Notes under the pieces: model-generated
Told to the model about the DNA's origin: nothing
Databases searched by the model: none
The model's input: only the letters and a program-made list of their open reading frames with translations
Position numbers and translations under genes: made by a program
From: Okamejei kenojei
Lineage: Eukaryota
NCBI GenBank assembly: GCA_035221665.1
Contig: CM069168.1
Location: 19,717,964 to 19,780,000 of the forward strand
Length of the DNA: 62,037 nucleotides
Reading direction: 5' to 3'
Part shown: in pieces, positions 49,916-62,037 of the stretch
How positions within the stretch are numbered: position 1 is the first letter of the stretch
How the letters are laid out: each line of letters starts with the position of its first letter

Positions 49916-50545
49916 TGTGAGGGATAAAGTGATTAAACCCCACTATTCTAAGGGGCTTTAAAGAGGATTCAAACTGATAGGGGCCAGGGAGAGGGTTCTG
50001 ACACAGCTGTGTATCAAAAGTTACCAGACCCATCCTTGAGTAAGAAGTGATAGCATTGTATAGCGGTAAAAGGGAATGATGTAGATAAATCCCTATCAGT
50101 AGAATGGAGTGATAGATAGGACCCTTGTCACTATAGCTTAGCTTTAGTGCTGATATAGGAGAACTGAGAGAGTTCACTTGGAGGTGAGTAAAACTAGGGT
50201 AGGTCATGAGCAACTGAGCATGCTTAACAAAATAAATGAATATTACAACACACCCCTGGTCAAGAAACTGCTCATTACCATGCACATGTCTGGACATGCG
50301 ATGTATGAAGTGGGAGGTACATGGGGGAATGTACCTACAGATTGTGCACCTCAGACTCTGATTGGAGAAGGGTCCGGAGGGGAGGTTGGATGTAGAATTG
50401 TGTGTATAAAGAGGGTTTACCCTTCTGACTTCGGTGTGTCTCAACTTGGAGAGGCACCCAACTCTGCAGACTCGAAAATAAAGAATCTCTTGCTTCCACG
50501 ATTTAGTCTTTGAGTAGTGATTGTGAGCACATCGCATATCTCACA
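49916..50545 (+). repeat. ERV 5' LTR
   Basis: TGTGAG...CTCACA inverted ends; TATAAA ~50405, AATAAA ~50477; direct repeat of 56641-57270. Confidence 0.96.
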
Positions 50546-50548
50546 AAC

Positions 50549-50566
50549 TGGGGGCTCGTCCGGGAT
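50549..50566 (+). promoter_or_regulatory. Primer-binding site for tRNA-Pro
   Basis: TGGGGGCTCGTCCGGGAT, the canonical 18-nt PBS-Pro, 3 nt after the 5' LTR. Confidence 0.95.
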
Positions 50567-50979
50567 CACCACTCCGGCTGCTCAGTGGAGGCAAAGAAGG
50601 AAGGGAAGGTGCACCCTGCTGATTTCAGCAGTCTCTGATCTCCTTGCTTGCCATCAGCGGTTTGAGCGAGTGATATTTGGGCAAAAGACTCAGGAAGCAA
50701 GAGGGAGTGTCAGATAAATAAACAAGGGACGGTCGAGCGATTCTTGTGTACAAGACCCGGGTAAGAAAACTAACTATTAAGTATTGCCTGGGCGACTGGG
50801 GGTCTGTCGGATGGGAATAGTCCGATAAGATAAAGATAACCGGAACTGGAAAAGTAAGAGTCCGGGGGGAAACAGGACAAGGCTCACACTGGTGAAGAGC
50901 CGCACATTCCGCCTGATAGTCCATTGGGGCGAATGTGGCAATCTTGGGGAGAAGGAAGCCCTGGGGGTAAAGATAAGGA

Positions 50980-53900
50980 GACTATGATTAAGTTCTGTTA
51001 TTTTGATTAACCAAAGGAACCAATAAGGGGGAGTTCAGTCTGGTGGCACTGGGCTGTACAGAATATTCAGAGTATCACTCAGACATTGCAAAAATCTAAG
51101 GAAAATCACAGTGCCAAATGTTTTGAGTACGAAAAGTTAAAAAAGGAAGGAGAAGCACATGAAAGAAATATTGAGTTGTTTCACACAATTTATAGAAGAA
51201 ACTCATATACAGATTGGTCAGGTACATGAGGAGTTAGTGCAAAATACGTTAATTTTGAAACTTTAATCTGTATAGGAAATTGTATAATTTCATTGAAGTA
51301 AGAATGGAACTAATGTGATTTGTGTGTAAAAACCGGTTTTGTATGAATTAGGAAGTTTGTATATGTGATAGGTTTGTTTGCTGTAGGCCACATGCTGTAA
51401 GGGTAGGTGTGTGTGTTCCTTTAAGAAATTGTAAGCAATGGGGAGGTTACGAACAGCTGTAAGGTAACGGACAACGCTTTGTATCATCGCAACTTAAAAG
51501 GGGAAAGTTGGAAAATGTAGGTTGCTTGGCTTTGTTGATTTCTTTTCAGTAAAGTTAATTTGGAAAATTGTTAGTCGTATGTATTTAAACTAGGAATTGG
51601 AATTTGGGAATTGTAGGGAAAATGGTTTGAACAAAATTAGAAATAAGTTAATTGCTGAACAACAAGCAGCTTTTATGGTTTGTTTAGATAAACATTCTGG
51701 TTGGAGAAGGGTAATAAATTAATGGAGCCCGGGAAAATAAAGGAGTTGGCAGACAATTATGTCAAAAATGGGAAGTTTATTTACTTCAGAAGAAAGACAG
51801 ATGGTCAGACAAGCAGGAATAAAGATCTGGGAAAAGGGGTTGCAGGCTCCGGGGGTAGCAGCAGATGCAGGTCAGCAGTTACTAAAGGTTAATTTCGTAA
51901 CCAAGTCTTGGCCAGATATTAGAAAGAAACTGGACAAAATTGGAGGATTGGAATGACAAACCATTAAATCAATTGTTAACAGAGGCTCAGAAGGTATGTG
52001 TATGACGGGATGAGGAAAAACAGAAGGGAAGGGCAAAAATGATGTTGCAGGCAGTACAGCAAGGGGTAAAGAAGAGGGGAATTGAAGGTGATAGAAGGCC
52101 GGGTGCTCATGGAGACCGGGGAAGGGGAAGAGGCAGAGACAGAGGACGAGGAAGGGGTGAATGGAGGGACCGAAGTTGGGGTCCCCGGGAAAACAAGGAA
52201 CAAGGATCAGGAGGGTGGTACACGGGGCCATCCCGGTGTTACTATTGTAACGAGGAGGGCCATTTCAAGAGGGAATGTCCCAGGTTACGACGGGAGGTGC
52301 AGTCGTACACACTCATGGAGGAAGAATAGGGAAGTCGGGGGTCCTGCTCCCTGGGGTGTATGGGATACACACGGGAACCTCTGGTAAACTTGAAATTAGG
52401 ACCCCAGGGAGAGGATATGGTATTTATGGTAATTCGGGAGCGGAGAGATCAAGTGGAACTAAGGTACCAGAAGAAATTGGATTGGGTGAAAAACAAGTCA
52501 GAATCTCGGGGGTAGGGGGGAAAGTGATGACTGCCCCTGAGGTAGAAGGGGTGGTGGTAAAATGTGAGAATCGAGAAGTCAGTGGAAGATTTTAAAAGGA
52601 GGATAAACTATCTGAGAAGTAAGAAATTGAGTTTAGAATGAGAAATAAGGCAGATCAGAAAGGATTAAAGTGGGAAGCAGAGGGATAAATTGATGAGACT
52701 GCTTTAAACAGATAAGAGCAGGACAGACACATATTATCCTTTGGGGCACCCATAAACTGAGAGGTCTAAGAAATACCTTACCCAATATTCCTGATGGGGC
52801 AGGAAATGGATTATGGCTTTGGAGGATGATTATTGGCTATGGGAGATTTGAAGGCACTGTTGGTGAAAGTGATAGGAACCACTAAACTGACAGAACTCCT
52901 GAAGATGGCTGGTATAAAAATGCTGTGAACAATGCAATAAACAATGGCATGCTGTTTGACAGAGTCAGGCAGATGGTATGGCAGGCCCTCAGACAAAAAT
53001 CCAGCAGCCTATCTGGAGAACAAGCTGAAAAGGTGGAGACTGGAAACTGAACAAAAATAGAAGGCAACCAGTTAATGAACAATATTTTGAACCACTGTGG
53101 TGGATGTCATTCCTCCTAAAGTCAAGGCTAGATTGGAGGAGGTGGTGGGATTGTAATCTATTTCCCACCCCTGATAGATAGGAAAAAGAGTTGCAGGAAG
53201 AGGTGCAGAGGAAAATGATGCAAATGTAACTTGAAGAGCTCAAAAAGAAAGAGCATGAAAAAGGAAAGACAATGTTGTCAGTAACAACAGACCTGTTGAA
53301 AAGTCTGAAATAAGTGATGCACCGACACACGGTGAGTCCTATGACAGAGCCAAACAGGGGCCAGAGATTCCATGCCAATAATAAATGTATTTGGGAGAGT
53401 GTTTCCTCAAATGCCCTATCAGGAGTGAAATAAATCTGGATATAAGCCCAGACAGGACTGGGGTCCCCAAGGGAGGGAGGGATCTCAAGGAAGAGGTCAA
53501 GGAAGGCTAGTAAGGAGATAGGTAATGGATAAGGTTTCGGGGATGTGAACATGTACGATAATCAGGAAATAATAATAATAATATTAAGATAATGGTGAAC
53601 ATAGCTATGGTAAGAACATTAAGAAGAAGTATTAAATACACCTAGGCTAGGTTGCGGCAGGGTTTTAAATACTAGCCCCATGATTTTAATCAGATGTTGT
53701 AGGCAGATTTGGAAGGTGATGATATAGTATGTGGATGATTTGTTGGTTTGTTCCACAAGTGAGAAGCAATGTGAGAGAGGCATTGTAATTATCTTGGAAA
53801 AGATGGCATAGGAGGTCATAAAGTATCAAGGAAGAAGTTGTTGTTTTGTCAGCAGCAGGTAGAATATTTTGGATGAGTAATATCTAAAGAAGTAAAAGCT

Positions 53901-54785
53901 ATAGCGCAGGATCAAATTGAAGCGATAATTGAAGTTCCCAAACCTCAGACAGTAGAACAGATGATGATGATATTGGGAATGGCAGGATATAGTTCAGACT
54001 AGATTGGGAAGTATGTTGAAATTGTGATGCCATTAAGAAAAATAATGAAGGAAGGACACACAAGTCTGAGAAATGTTTTACAGTCAGAGCCTTTGAATGA
54101 AGGACAAAAAGGTTTTGCTTGTGGATGTTTCTTGCTAAAGGGATCATAATAGCAAGTATGCAGGTTTTGAAGTGATGCATCAGGATGAATTAGACTTTAA
54201 GGTAATCAAATTGGAAGCTTGCCTGCAATCTTGCTTAGCTCAATTGGCAGAAATTAAGGCTTTAAGAGCAGCATATGTACATGGAGTCTGGCACATGTTT
54301 GGAGCAGTAGGGAAGCAGAAAGGCTTTGAGAAAAGCAACGGAGACCCCATGCAAAGTTAGCAGTGTCCCCCTATGAAATGTTGTTTGGGTTACCTTATTT
54401 GGAAAAGATAGAAGGAATACCCACCATAGAGGGCAGTGATGTATTCTTAAGGAACTATTTACTGGCAGTATCTTGTTCCCTTACAGAATTAAAAGTTAAA
54501 GGACTATTGGCTCAAAGCCCACCACTCGACTTTCCAATACATGCTGTAAAGGCCGGCGACTGGGTACTGGTCAAGAATTGGAAGGAGGAGAAACTCCAGC
54601 CCAGGGGGACCGGCCCATACCTAGTATTACTGACAACCAAGACAGCAGTACAAACAAAAGAAAAAGGGTGGACCCACGCAATCCGGGTTAAAGGACTCGT
54701 TGATCCACCCGCTCCTGATAAGGAGGAACAGGGGATGGTGAAACCAGGAAATAAGCCCCTAACATTAACTTTTAGAAAAAAATAA
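50980..54785 (+). pseudogene. ERV gag-pro-pol remnants
   Basis: Gag end with CYYCNEEGHFKREC knuckle and TAG at 52327-52329; degraded protease (NSGAERS); YVDDLL ~53728; integrase tail SPYEMLFG...GDWVLVK...GPYLV (54363-54785); large deletions. Confidence 0.85.
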
Positions 54786-54801
54786 ATGTATAACTAGCAG
54801 C

Positions 54802-56606
54802 ATGAAAAGAGCAGTCGTGGTATTGTTTGCTCTGCATGTAATTATGGTAAAAAGTGTTAATAACTGTGATAAATGTTATCATCCTATCAGATACGGAGGG
54901 TTGACAACCAGATCATTTACTTATTATTCCCATGTGAACGATGCTTGCTATAACCTGAGGACTAGAACTATTTGTGAGGATGGGGGAAAGAAGTATTATA
55001 GGGTAGAGAATAGAGGATATGTAGGGAGGTTTGGGTACATTACCTGCCCAAAAGGGGAGAGATGGGTTTGTATGACTAGGACAGGGCAGTTAGGTCTCCC
55101 TTTCCATGCCTTAAGATGGACATTAGACAAAATGAAGGAGGAAGTAATAACAAGGTTAACGAAAGTAGTGGTCACCAAGCCTTCCCCTCCCCCACCCACT
55201 CAGTCTCAATTGCACCAGACACTGTACGAAGAAATAAAGAAGCAGATTGAGATCCCTGAAGGAGAAAAAAAACCTGTTTGTGGACTTGGCCCTCCGGATA
55301 GCTGGAACCCTGAATGTGACTAACCGTTGGGTCTGTGGCGGACCACTGATGAGCTCACGTTGGCCGTGGAGAGGATCCATTGTTGAAGTATGGGACCTGA
55401 TGGAGTGGAACCTGACAGTTGGACAAGACCGAGATCCCCAGGCATGGGTCCTGACAGCCGCTCCGGTTGGGACTGAGTGTATCGCTAGGCCCTGGGCAAA
55501 GGATGCCATCCTAGTAGGCAGCAGCCCCTGCCAGTGCATCGTCACCCAGAGGCCAAATCAGTCCCGAGTGTGGTGGCCAGAGGAGCCAAAATGGTATCCA
55601 ACTAAGAAAGACGGGAGAAACTGCACTATCTGGATGAAGACCGATGGAATGGAATTGACTGGACTATGGAACTGCACTGGGAACAACCCTTATCAAGGAA
55701 TCCCATGGTGCGAGACATATGGAACAAGGTTACCTCTAGTGGACCGGCCCCTGAAGGACTGTTATAGATATGCGGACACAAGGCATACTCAGTGTTACCG
55801 ACAAATTGTAGTGGGACTTGCTTTATTGGACTGGTACAACCGGGATTTTTCCTGTTAAACACCGAAGAAGGGCGGTCGCTAGGAACACCTGTATTTGACG
55901 ACTTATATCGGAAGAAGAGGAAAATAGACATTGGAGAATGGGAAGATGATGACTGGCCACCCGCAAGAATCATCTCATACTATGGCCCACCCACTTGGGC
56001 ACAGGATGGATCCTGGGGCTACTGAACCCCGGTATACATGTTAAACTGGATCATAAGACTTCAGGCAGTACCGGAGGAAATTACCAACCAAACTGTGGGG
56101 GCACTGGAGATGCTGGCAAAGCAGCAGACGCAGATGAGAGCAGCAATATACCAGAACCGGTTGGCCCTAGATTCCCTCCTGGCAGAAGAAGAAGGGGTAT
56201 GCGGGAAATTCAACCTCTCTAATGCTGTTTAAACATCGATGACAATGGACAGGCAGTGATGGACATATCAGAAGGAATCCGTAAGTTGGCACATGTTCCA
56301 ATACAGAAGTGGAATTCGATTATGGGAACCCGATGGTGGGATTCCATCCTCGGAGGAAGATGGTGGAGAACGGTGGGACTCGTGTTTCTATGTGCAGTGG
56401 CTGGACTGATCTTTATCCCCTGTTTTAGGGAACTTATTGCAAGGAGTATAAGTCGGATGCAGGCTGTAGTCATGCCTATGGGAGAGAAAGGGGAAATACA
56501 GAAAATAATGATAATGCGACCAGGGAAGGTCCAGGATCCACAGGAAAAGGAGATTAGGACAATGTTACGTCAATTTGAACTGAAGGAGCTTGAAATTAAG
56601 GTTTAA
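54802..56606 (+). pseudogene. ERV env (ERV3/gamma-type), several frameshifts
   Basis: Signal peptide MKRAVVVLFALHV, (C)WVC motif, furin site [41 protein letters not shown] helix. Confidence 0.9.
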
Positions 56607-56640
56607 TCAATAGATGCGTAGCAAAAGAAAAAGGGAGAAT

Positions 56641-57270
56641 TGTGAGGGATAAAGTGATTAAACCCCATTATTGTAAGGAGCTTTAAAGAGGATTCAAACT
56701 GATAGGGGCCAGGGAGAGGGTTCTGACACAGCTGTGTATCAAAAGTTACCAGACCCATCCTTGAGTAAGAAGTGATAGCATTGTATAGTGGTAAAAGGGA
56801 GTGATGTAGATAGATCCCTATCAGTAGAATGGAGTGATAGATGGGACCCTTGTCACTATAGCTTAGCTTTATTGCCGATATAAGAGAACTGAGAGAGTTC
56901 ACTTGGAGGTGAGTAAAACTAGGGTAGGTCATGAGCAACTGAGCATGCTTAATAAAATAAATGAATATTACAACACACCCCTGGTCAAGAAACTGCTCAT
57001 TACCATGCACATGTCTGGACATGCGATGTATGATGTGGGAGGTACTGGTGGGGGGGGGATGTACCTACAGATTGTGCACCTTCTGATTGGAGAAGGGTCC
57101 AGAGGGGAGGTTGAATGTAGAATTGTGTGTATAAAGGGGGTTTACCCTTCGGACTTCGGTGTGTCTCAACTTGGAGAGGCACCCAACTCTGCAGACTCGA
57201 AAATAAAGAATCTCTTGCTTCCACGATTTAGTCTTTGAGTAGTGATTGTGAGCACATCGCATATCTCACA
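56641..57270 (+). repeat. ERV 3' LTR, preceded by polypurine tract 56623-56639
   Basis: Copy of the 5' LTR; AAAAGAAAAAGGGAGAA immediately upstream. Confidence 0.96.
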
Positions 57271-57570
57271 TGCCTCTCCTTGATACCCACCATGACAGGG
57301 TGAGAGGACCTTCCACCCTCACAGCCCCCCTCCCCCTCTCGAGCAGTGCCCTGGCTGAAGGTGACCAGATTCCTGGCTTTAAGTAGATCTCAATAAAAGC
57401 CAGACAACTCACGCCCAGCATGTCCACTGATGCCCGCTACCGGGAACTGTGTGCCCTCCTGGAGGCAGTGACCCTGGCGGAAAAAGTACATCACCAGCGC
57501 ATGCCATCTGGGAGGACACTCGGAATACATATACCTCCGCATGGTCCTGAGACGGAGAGCCACCACCTGG
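57271..57570 (-). mobile_element. Tx1/L1-clade LINE, 5' part (split by the ERV)
   Basis: Continues after the ERV TSD; ends at a 13-bp TSD GTAYGTTTCCCTT matching 49068-49080. Confidence 0.65.
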
Positions 57571-59447
57571 GTATGTTTCCCTTGGGTGCTCCAGTTTGTT
57601 CCAACATTTACAAAGATATGTGCACTGGTTGTTTAACTGGTCACTTTAACTTTTCCCATGTATATAACTGAGGGGTAGAGTGGGATGAGGGGTGGTGATG
57701 CCACTGAGAATAAAACGTTGGACTAATGTTAAATTAGTGTAAATGGGTAGTTGGCAGAGGGACTGCTTTGGTGGTACATCTCTCTATAAATGTGTACAAT
57801 CCCAGCATGTAATTTACAGGTAAAGTTTTGAAGCAAATATCGGCAGCATTTTAAATTTATTACAATATAAAGGTGACAATGTTACTGTGAAAAGTAGAAA
57901 CCACAAAAAATATACAAAACCCCAAACTGTAAGAATAAACTTTTCAAAATGTTATGTGACAGAAAGAACGGCAGGTGCTGGTTTAAATTGAAAGTAGACA
58001 TAAAATGCTGGAGTAAGTCAGCGGGACAGGCAGAATCTCTGGAGAGAAGGAATGGGTGACGTTTCGGTCGAGACCCTTCTTCACTACGGCAACTATATTT
58101 CCTGACAGTACAAAACATTTAAACTGCACAGATTAAAGTGGAACTCACAGGGTAACTGGTCGACACAGGGTGCACAGACACTGGAATCGTGAGCAAAGCA
58201 CAAAGTGCTGGAGGAGCTTGGTGGGTTCAGGCTGCATTGGTTGCTCCGTGGGAGTTGTAAATAGTAGGTTCTTTACATTTACAAGGTATCATCTCAGCAC
58301 CGATGTAACTCATTTGAAGGTGTAGCAGTTTTGTATCCAGAAGGCAAGAATTGGCCTTCATGAAACAAGGCATCAGTCACACAATGTAACTGAAATAGTT
58401 GCAAACTTCATTTCTCTTTATTTGAAGTAGTGAACTTGATCTTTGGCACCAGTGAAAGTTTAGAATACCATTGCTTAATGTACAGAGGCACAGTGCAGAA
58501 AAAGGTGCCAAGAAGCGGTTTACACTTTATAAAATTTGCAAGACTCTGCTTTAAAAGTAAATGTGAAAGACAGGAATTATTTCAGTGTATAATTTGAAGT
58601 CACTTTTTCTAAATTCTTCATTAAAAGACATTTTTCTTAAAGATTAAATTTTGGTTTTCTTCTTCCCTAGGGACTGAGGATTGCAGAGACGTCCAGCCTG
58701 TTCTGCGGGCTGAGACAGCCGGTCTGTCTGGAGATGCAGGTGTCTGCCAGGCACGTGGGTGAAGGTTTAGTTTAGTTTATTATGGTCACGTGTAGCGAGG
58801 TACAGTGAAAAGCTTTTGTGTTGCGATTTGTTTTCTTTGATCAAATGGGAATATTTACAACATCTTCCATATTTAATATGAAGATTATTGAAACAACACA
58901 TTAGAAAGAAACATAATCCAACTAAATGATGTTTTGCCGACAGCCCCAACAATGACTGTTGATGCTCTTGGCATGCACGTCTATATCAGGTGGACCTCAG
59001 TGGGTAATCTCGCTGCCAACCTACTAATTTCTTCCATTCTCCACACACAAGCTCCAAAGAGACCTGCAAATCATCCACTTAAATTATTTATCCACATCTC
59101 CTAAATGTTGCCATTGAGTGCGTATCGATGAGGATACAGGTCTGTGCAAGTTTCCCCCACAGGACAAGATGCTTTTTCCTGACGAGAGATGCAAGTAGCT
59201 GCAGTCAGGGTTAGGATCAGGGGCCAACAGATCTGAAGTGATTCAGGTTAAAAGTGTCAACTTCCACTATACATTTATGGACCATTCATTTGTCGTTTAC
59301 TCATTTTGAAACTTCTGTTAAACCTCCTAAATCTCCTCAGAATCCTTCAATATTCCTCAGTGTCCACATGACAAATTATTGATCAAGGTTGTGACTGAAT
59401 GCAACCTTGTTTTTACACCACGTCTGCTCTTCCTTTGTTTCTCGCCG

Positions 59448-59496
<49 letters not shown>

Positions 59497-59949
59497 CCGC
59501 TCTGTTCCACAGCCCCCACCACTACTAAACTCAGTAACGGGAACAAAACTTAAGCCACTAGTTTGTTATTTTCTGATAGGTCATACTTTCAATCTAAAGA
59601 TATTATGCAAAGATGACAAAACAAGTCCAAACCAAAATTATTTGATTAAACACAATTTAAAAGTCAAACAAAATGAATGAAATATTTATTTTAATGTTGC
59701 ACAACTAACATTTACAGTTCAAACACTTGCAATTTTATACATTTAATCCAGATATTTTCCACCATTGATATCAGTTGTTTTAGGATCTGTAACAAAATTA
59801 AGATTAGAAACGTTAGATAAAGGATGGTACGTTGTAAACCACTAGGGGGCATCATTCTCTGACAACGGCTACTGTCATGGGTTTCTCAAGTCCAAGGCAT
59901 AAATAAAAGACAATTTGATAGAAACTTAAATCAAATTGCTTGTGATCTC

Positions 59950-60325
59950 CGGATGTGCCGTAGAAAACATTTTATCAGGATGCATCACAGCCCGAGTGGG
60001 GAACAGCTCCATCCAAGACCGCAAGAAATTGCAGACATAACCCAGACCATCACACAAATCAACCTCCCTTCCATTGACTCCATCTACACTTCACACTGCC
60101 TCGGCAAGGCCACCGACATACTCAAGGACAAGTCTCACCCCAATCACTCCCTCTTCTCCGCTCTCCCATATAGAAGTGTGAAATCACACACCTGCAGATT
60201 CAGGGACAGTTTCTTCCCAGCTGTTATCAGGCAACCGAACCATTCCATCACCAGCTAGAGTGTGGTCCTGACCAATCTACTTCATCCAAGACCTTTAAAC
60301 TAACTTTAATCGGACTTTATCTTGC
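59950..60325 (+). mobile_element. Rex1/Babar-type LINE 3' fragment
   Basis: Similar to 26460-26860. Confidence 0.75.
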
Positions 60326-60329
60326 ATTT

Positions 60330-60740
60330 GATGGGTCAGGCAGCATCTCTTGGAACCATGTATAAGGCAATGTTTCAGAATAGGATAGACACAAAATGCT
60401 GGAGTAACTCAGCGGGACAGGCAGCATCTCTGGAGAGAAGAAACGGGTGACATTTTCGGTCGGGACCCTTCTTCAGACCTTGACTCAAAACGTCATCCAA
60501 TACTTTCCTCAGGAGATGCTGCCTGCCCCACAAAGTTACTCCAGCATTTTGTGTCTATCTCCAGTATAAACCAGCACGCACCAACATGTTTCTGGCTAAG
60601 ACCTTTCTTAAGAAATAAGCTGCAAGGAGGAATGTTAAGGGATCGTAAAGTGGGTGGTTGAGGAAGAATACTGATCCAAAACGTCACCTATCCATGTTCT
60701 TCAGGAATGCTGCCTGACCCACTGAGTTTGTCCAGCACTG
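60330..60740. mobile_element. Cluster of PLE 3'-end copies with an inverted pair
   Basis: Same family; arms ~60385-60455 and ~60490-60560. Confidence 0.7.
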
Positions 60741-61424
60741 GATTATGAAGTTTAGTTCTCCCCTGAAAAAAAACTGCTTGTCATTTATCTGCTGAGCCCT
60801 CTCAGAATCTTATACATTTTAATGAGATTCCCTTTGTTTCTATTAAAATTCAAACCTATATAAAATGTACTAATCATTCCAGTAGATCAACTCTACCACT
60901 CCCTTCAGAAGAATCAAAACCTTTTGTTTCACTGACTCCAAGAAAATGCTTACCATACCACAGACAAGGAAATCGCATCATTACTCTAGGTGTGGTACCG
61001 AAGCCTATGTAATGTCAGGCACCTGCAGGGCTTGATTTCCTAATTCCATTGTACATTTTCTTTGACTCAATTACAAGGAAGCTCTTTCAGTGAGTTTTCA
61101 TTCCCCACTACATTACACTTCATTACACTTCACCACTTTACATTCCATTTGTACTTATCCAAATCATTTTGCCCCAATATCTTCTTGTAAGGCATCATAA
61201 ATACTTCCTCGAAAAACAAATACAATGTTGTTATTGGATGCCACTACTAGTGAAATCCTCAATCATAAAATACTGAGTTATCAGTTTTGCTCAAAGTTTC
61301 TGATATTATTAATTCAGATAATCATTGGAAGCTGAGCAGAACTGAATCAAATATCTTCCATTTATTATCCCGAGTAATCTTTGTCTAATCTTTCCAACAA
61401 TATTAAGGCCAGCACTGTCTAACA

Positions 61425-61890
61425 TAGAACACAGTGCAGCAGACGAACAGGCTCTTCCCTCTACAATATCTATGCCGAACATGATGCCAAGACAATCTCT
61501 TATCTATCTGTGCATAATCCATATCAATATGCTTATCCAAAAGCTCTTAAATACCACTATTATATCTGCCTCAACCACATTCCAGGCACTCGCCACCCTG
61601 GGTAACAAAGGTTAGCATTAGGCACATCTTATTTAAACCCTCTCACCTTAAAGCTATGCACTCAGTATTTGAGTTTTTTCCGTCCTGGGAAAAAGGCTCT
61701 GACTATCTACCCTCTCATAATTTGATATACTTGTATCAGGTCTCCCCGTAATCTCTGGGGGTGTTCCAGAGAAAACAATCCAAGTCTATCCAACCTCTCC
61801 CTGTAGCCAATTCCGCTTAATCCTGGCAACATTCTGGTAAACTTCCTATGCACACTTTCCAAAGCCTCCACATCCTTCCTGTAATGGAGT
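61425..61890 (-). mobile_element. Old CR1 3' fragment
   Basis: Degenerate minus-strand CR1 ORF2 end (ERLDRLGLFSLE...GDLIQVYQIM) and tail. Confidence 0.7.
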
Positions 61891-62037
61891 TGCTTTTATT
61901 GAAGGCAACAGGGCAGCTGGAATTTCATTGTTTTGGTACATATGATGATTAAACACTCTTGACACCTGAATGGATTTTTACCAATTATTATTCCAGTAGT
62001 CCTGCCTTAAATAGAGTAAATAAACTTAGCTGTAGAT

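Larger units (their letters stand above)
49916..57270 (+). mobile_element. Endogenous retrovirus, class I (gamma/epsilon-like), defective gag-pol, env-bearing
   Basis: Two 630-bp TG...CA LTRs, 4-bp TSD TGCC (49912-49915 / 57271-57274), PBS, PPT, gag CCHC, pol and env remnants. Confidence 0.97.

Noticed and set aside
54802-56606. Domesticated syncytin-like env gene
   Set aside because: This copy has several frameshifts and still sits in a full provirus
58645-58765. Plus-strand acceptor (TTCTTCCCTAG) and possible exon
   Set aside because: No recognisable peptide or partner exons; cannot be supported without transcript data
59447-59495. Polyproline ORF 59399-59680
   Set aside because: Produced by a poly-C homopolymer of unreliable length

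Overview
Vertebrate genomic DNA, most likely a cartilaginous fish (skate/ray; inferred from the HE1-type SINE, CR1 and Penelope repeat content). The host gene is beta-adducin (ADD2) on the minus strand. Twelve GT-AG coding exons run from ATG 18386 down to position 14, and the gene continues past the left edge. A candidate non-coding first exon and CpG-rich promoter lie at about 48.4-48.8 kb. One exon carries a +1 frameshift. The rest is dominated by mobile DNA: (i) a structurally complete DIRS1-type tyrosine-recombinase retrotransposon (31577-37499) recombined into a satellite at an ATT trinucleotide; (ii) an env-bearing class I ERV (49916-57270; tRNA-Pro PBS, 4-bp TSD) nested in a Tx1 LINE that is itself nested in a SINE; (iii) many CR1, Rex/Babar and Tx1 LINE fragments and HE1-like SINEs; (iv) about 25 copies of a Penelope-like element 3' end carrying a minimal hammerhead-ribozyme motif, often as inverted hairpin pairs, including a perfect 102-bp-arm palindrome. 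All calls were made by eye, without database searches.
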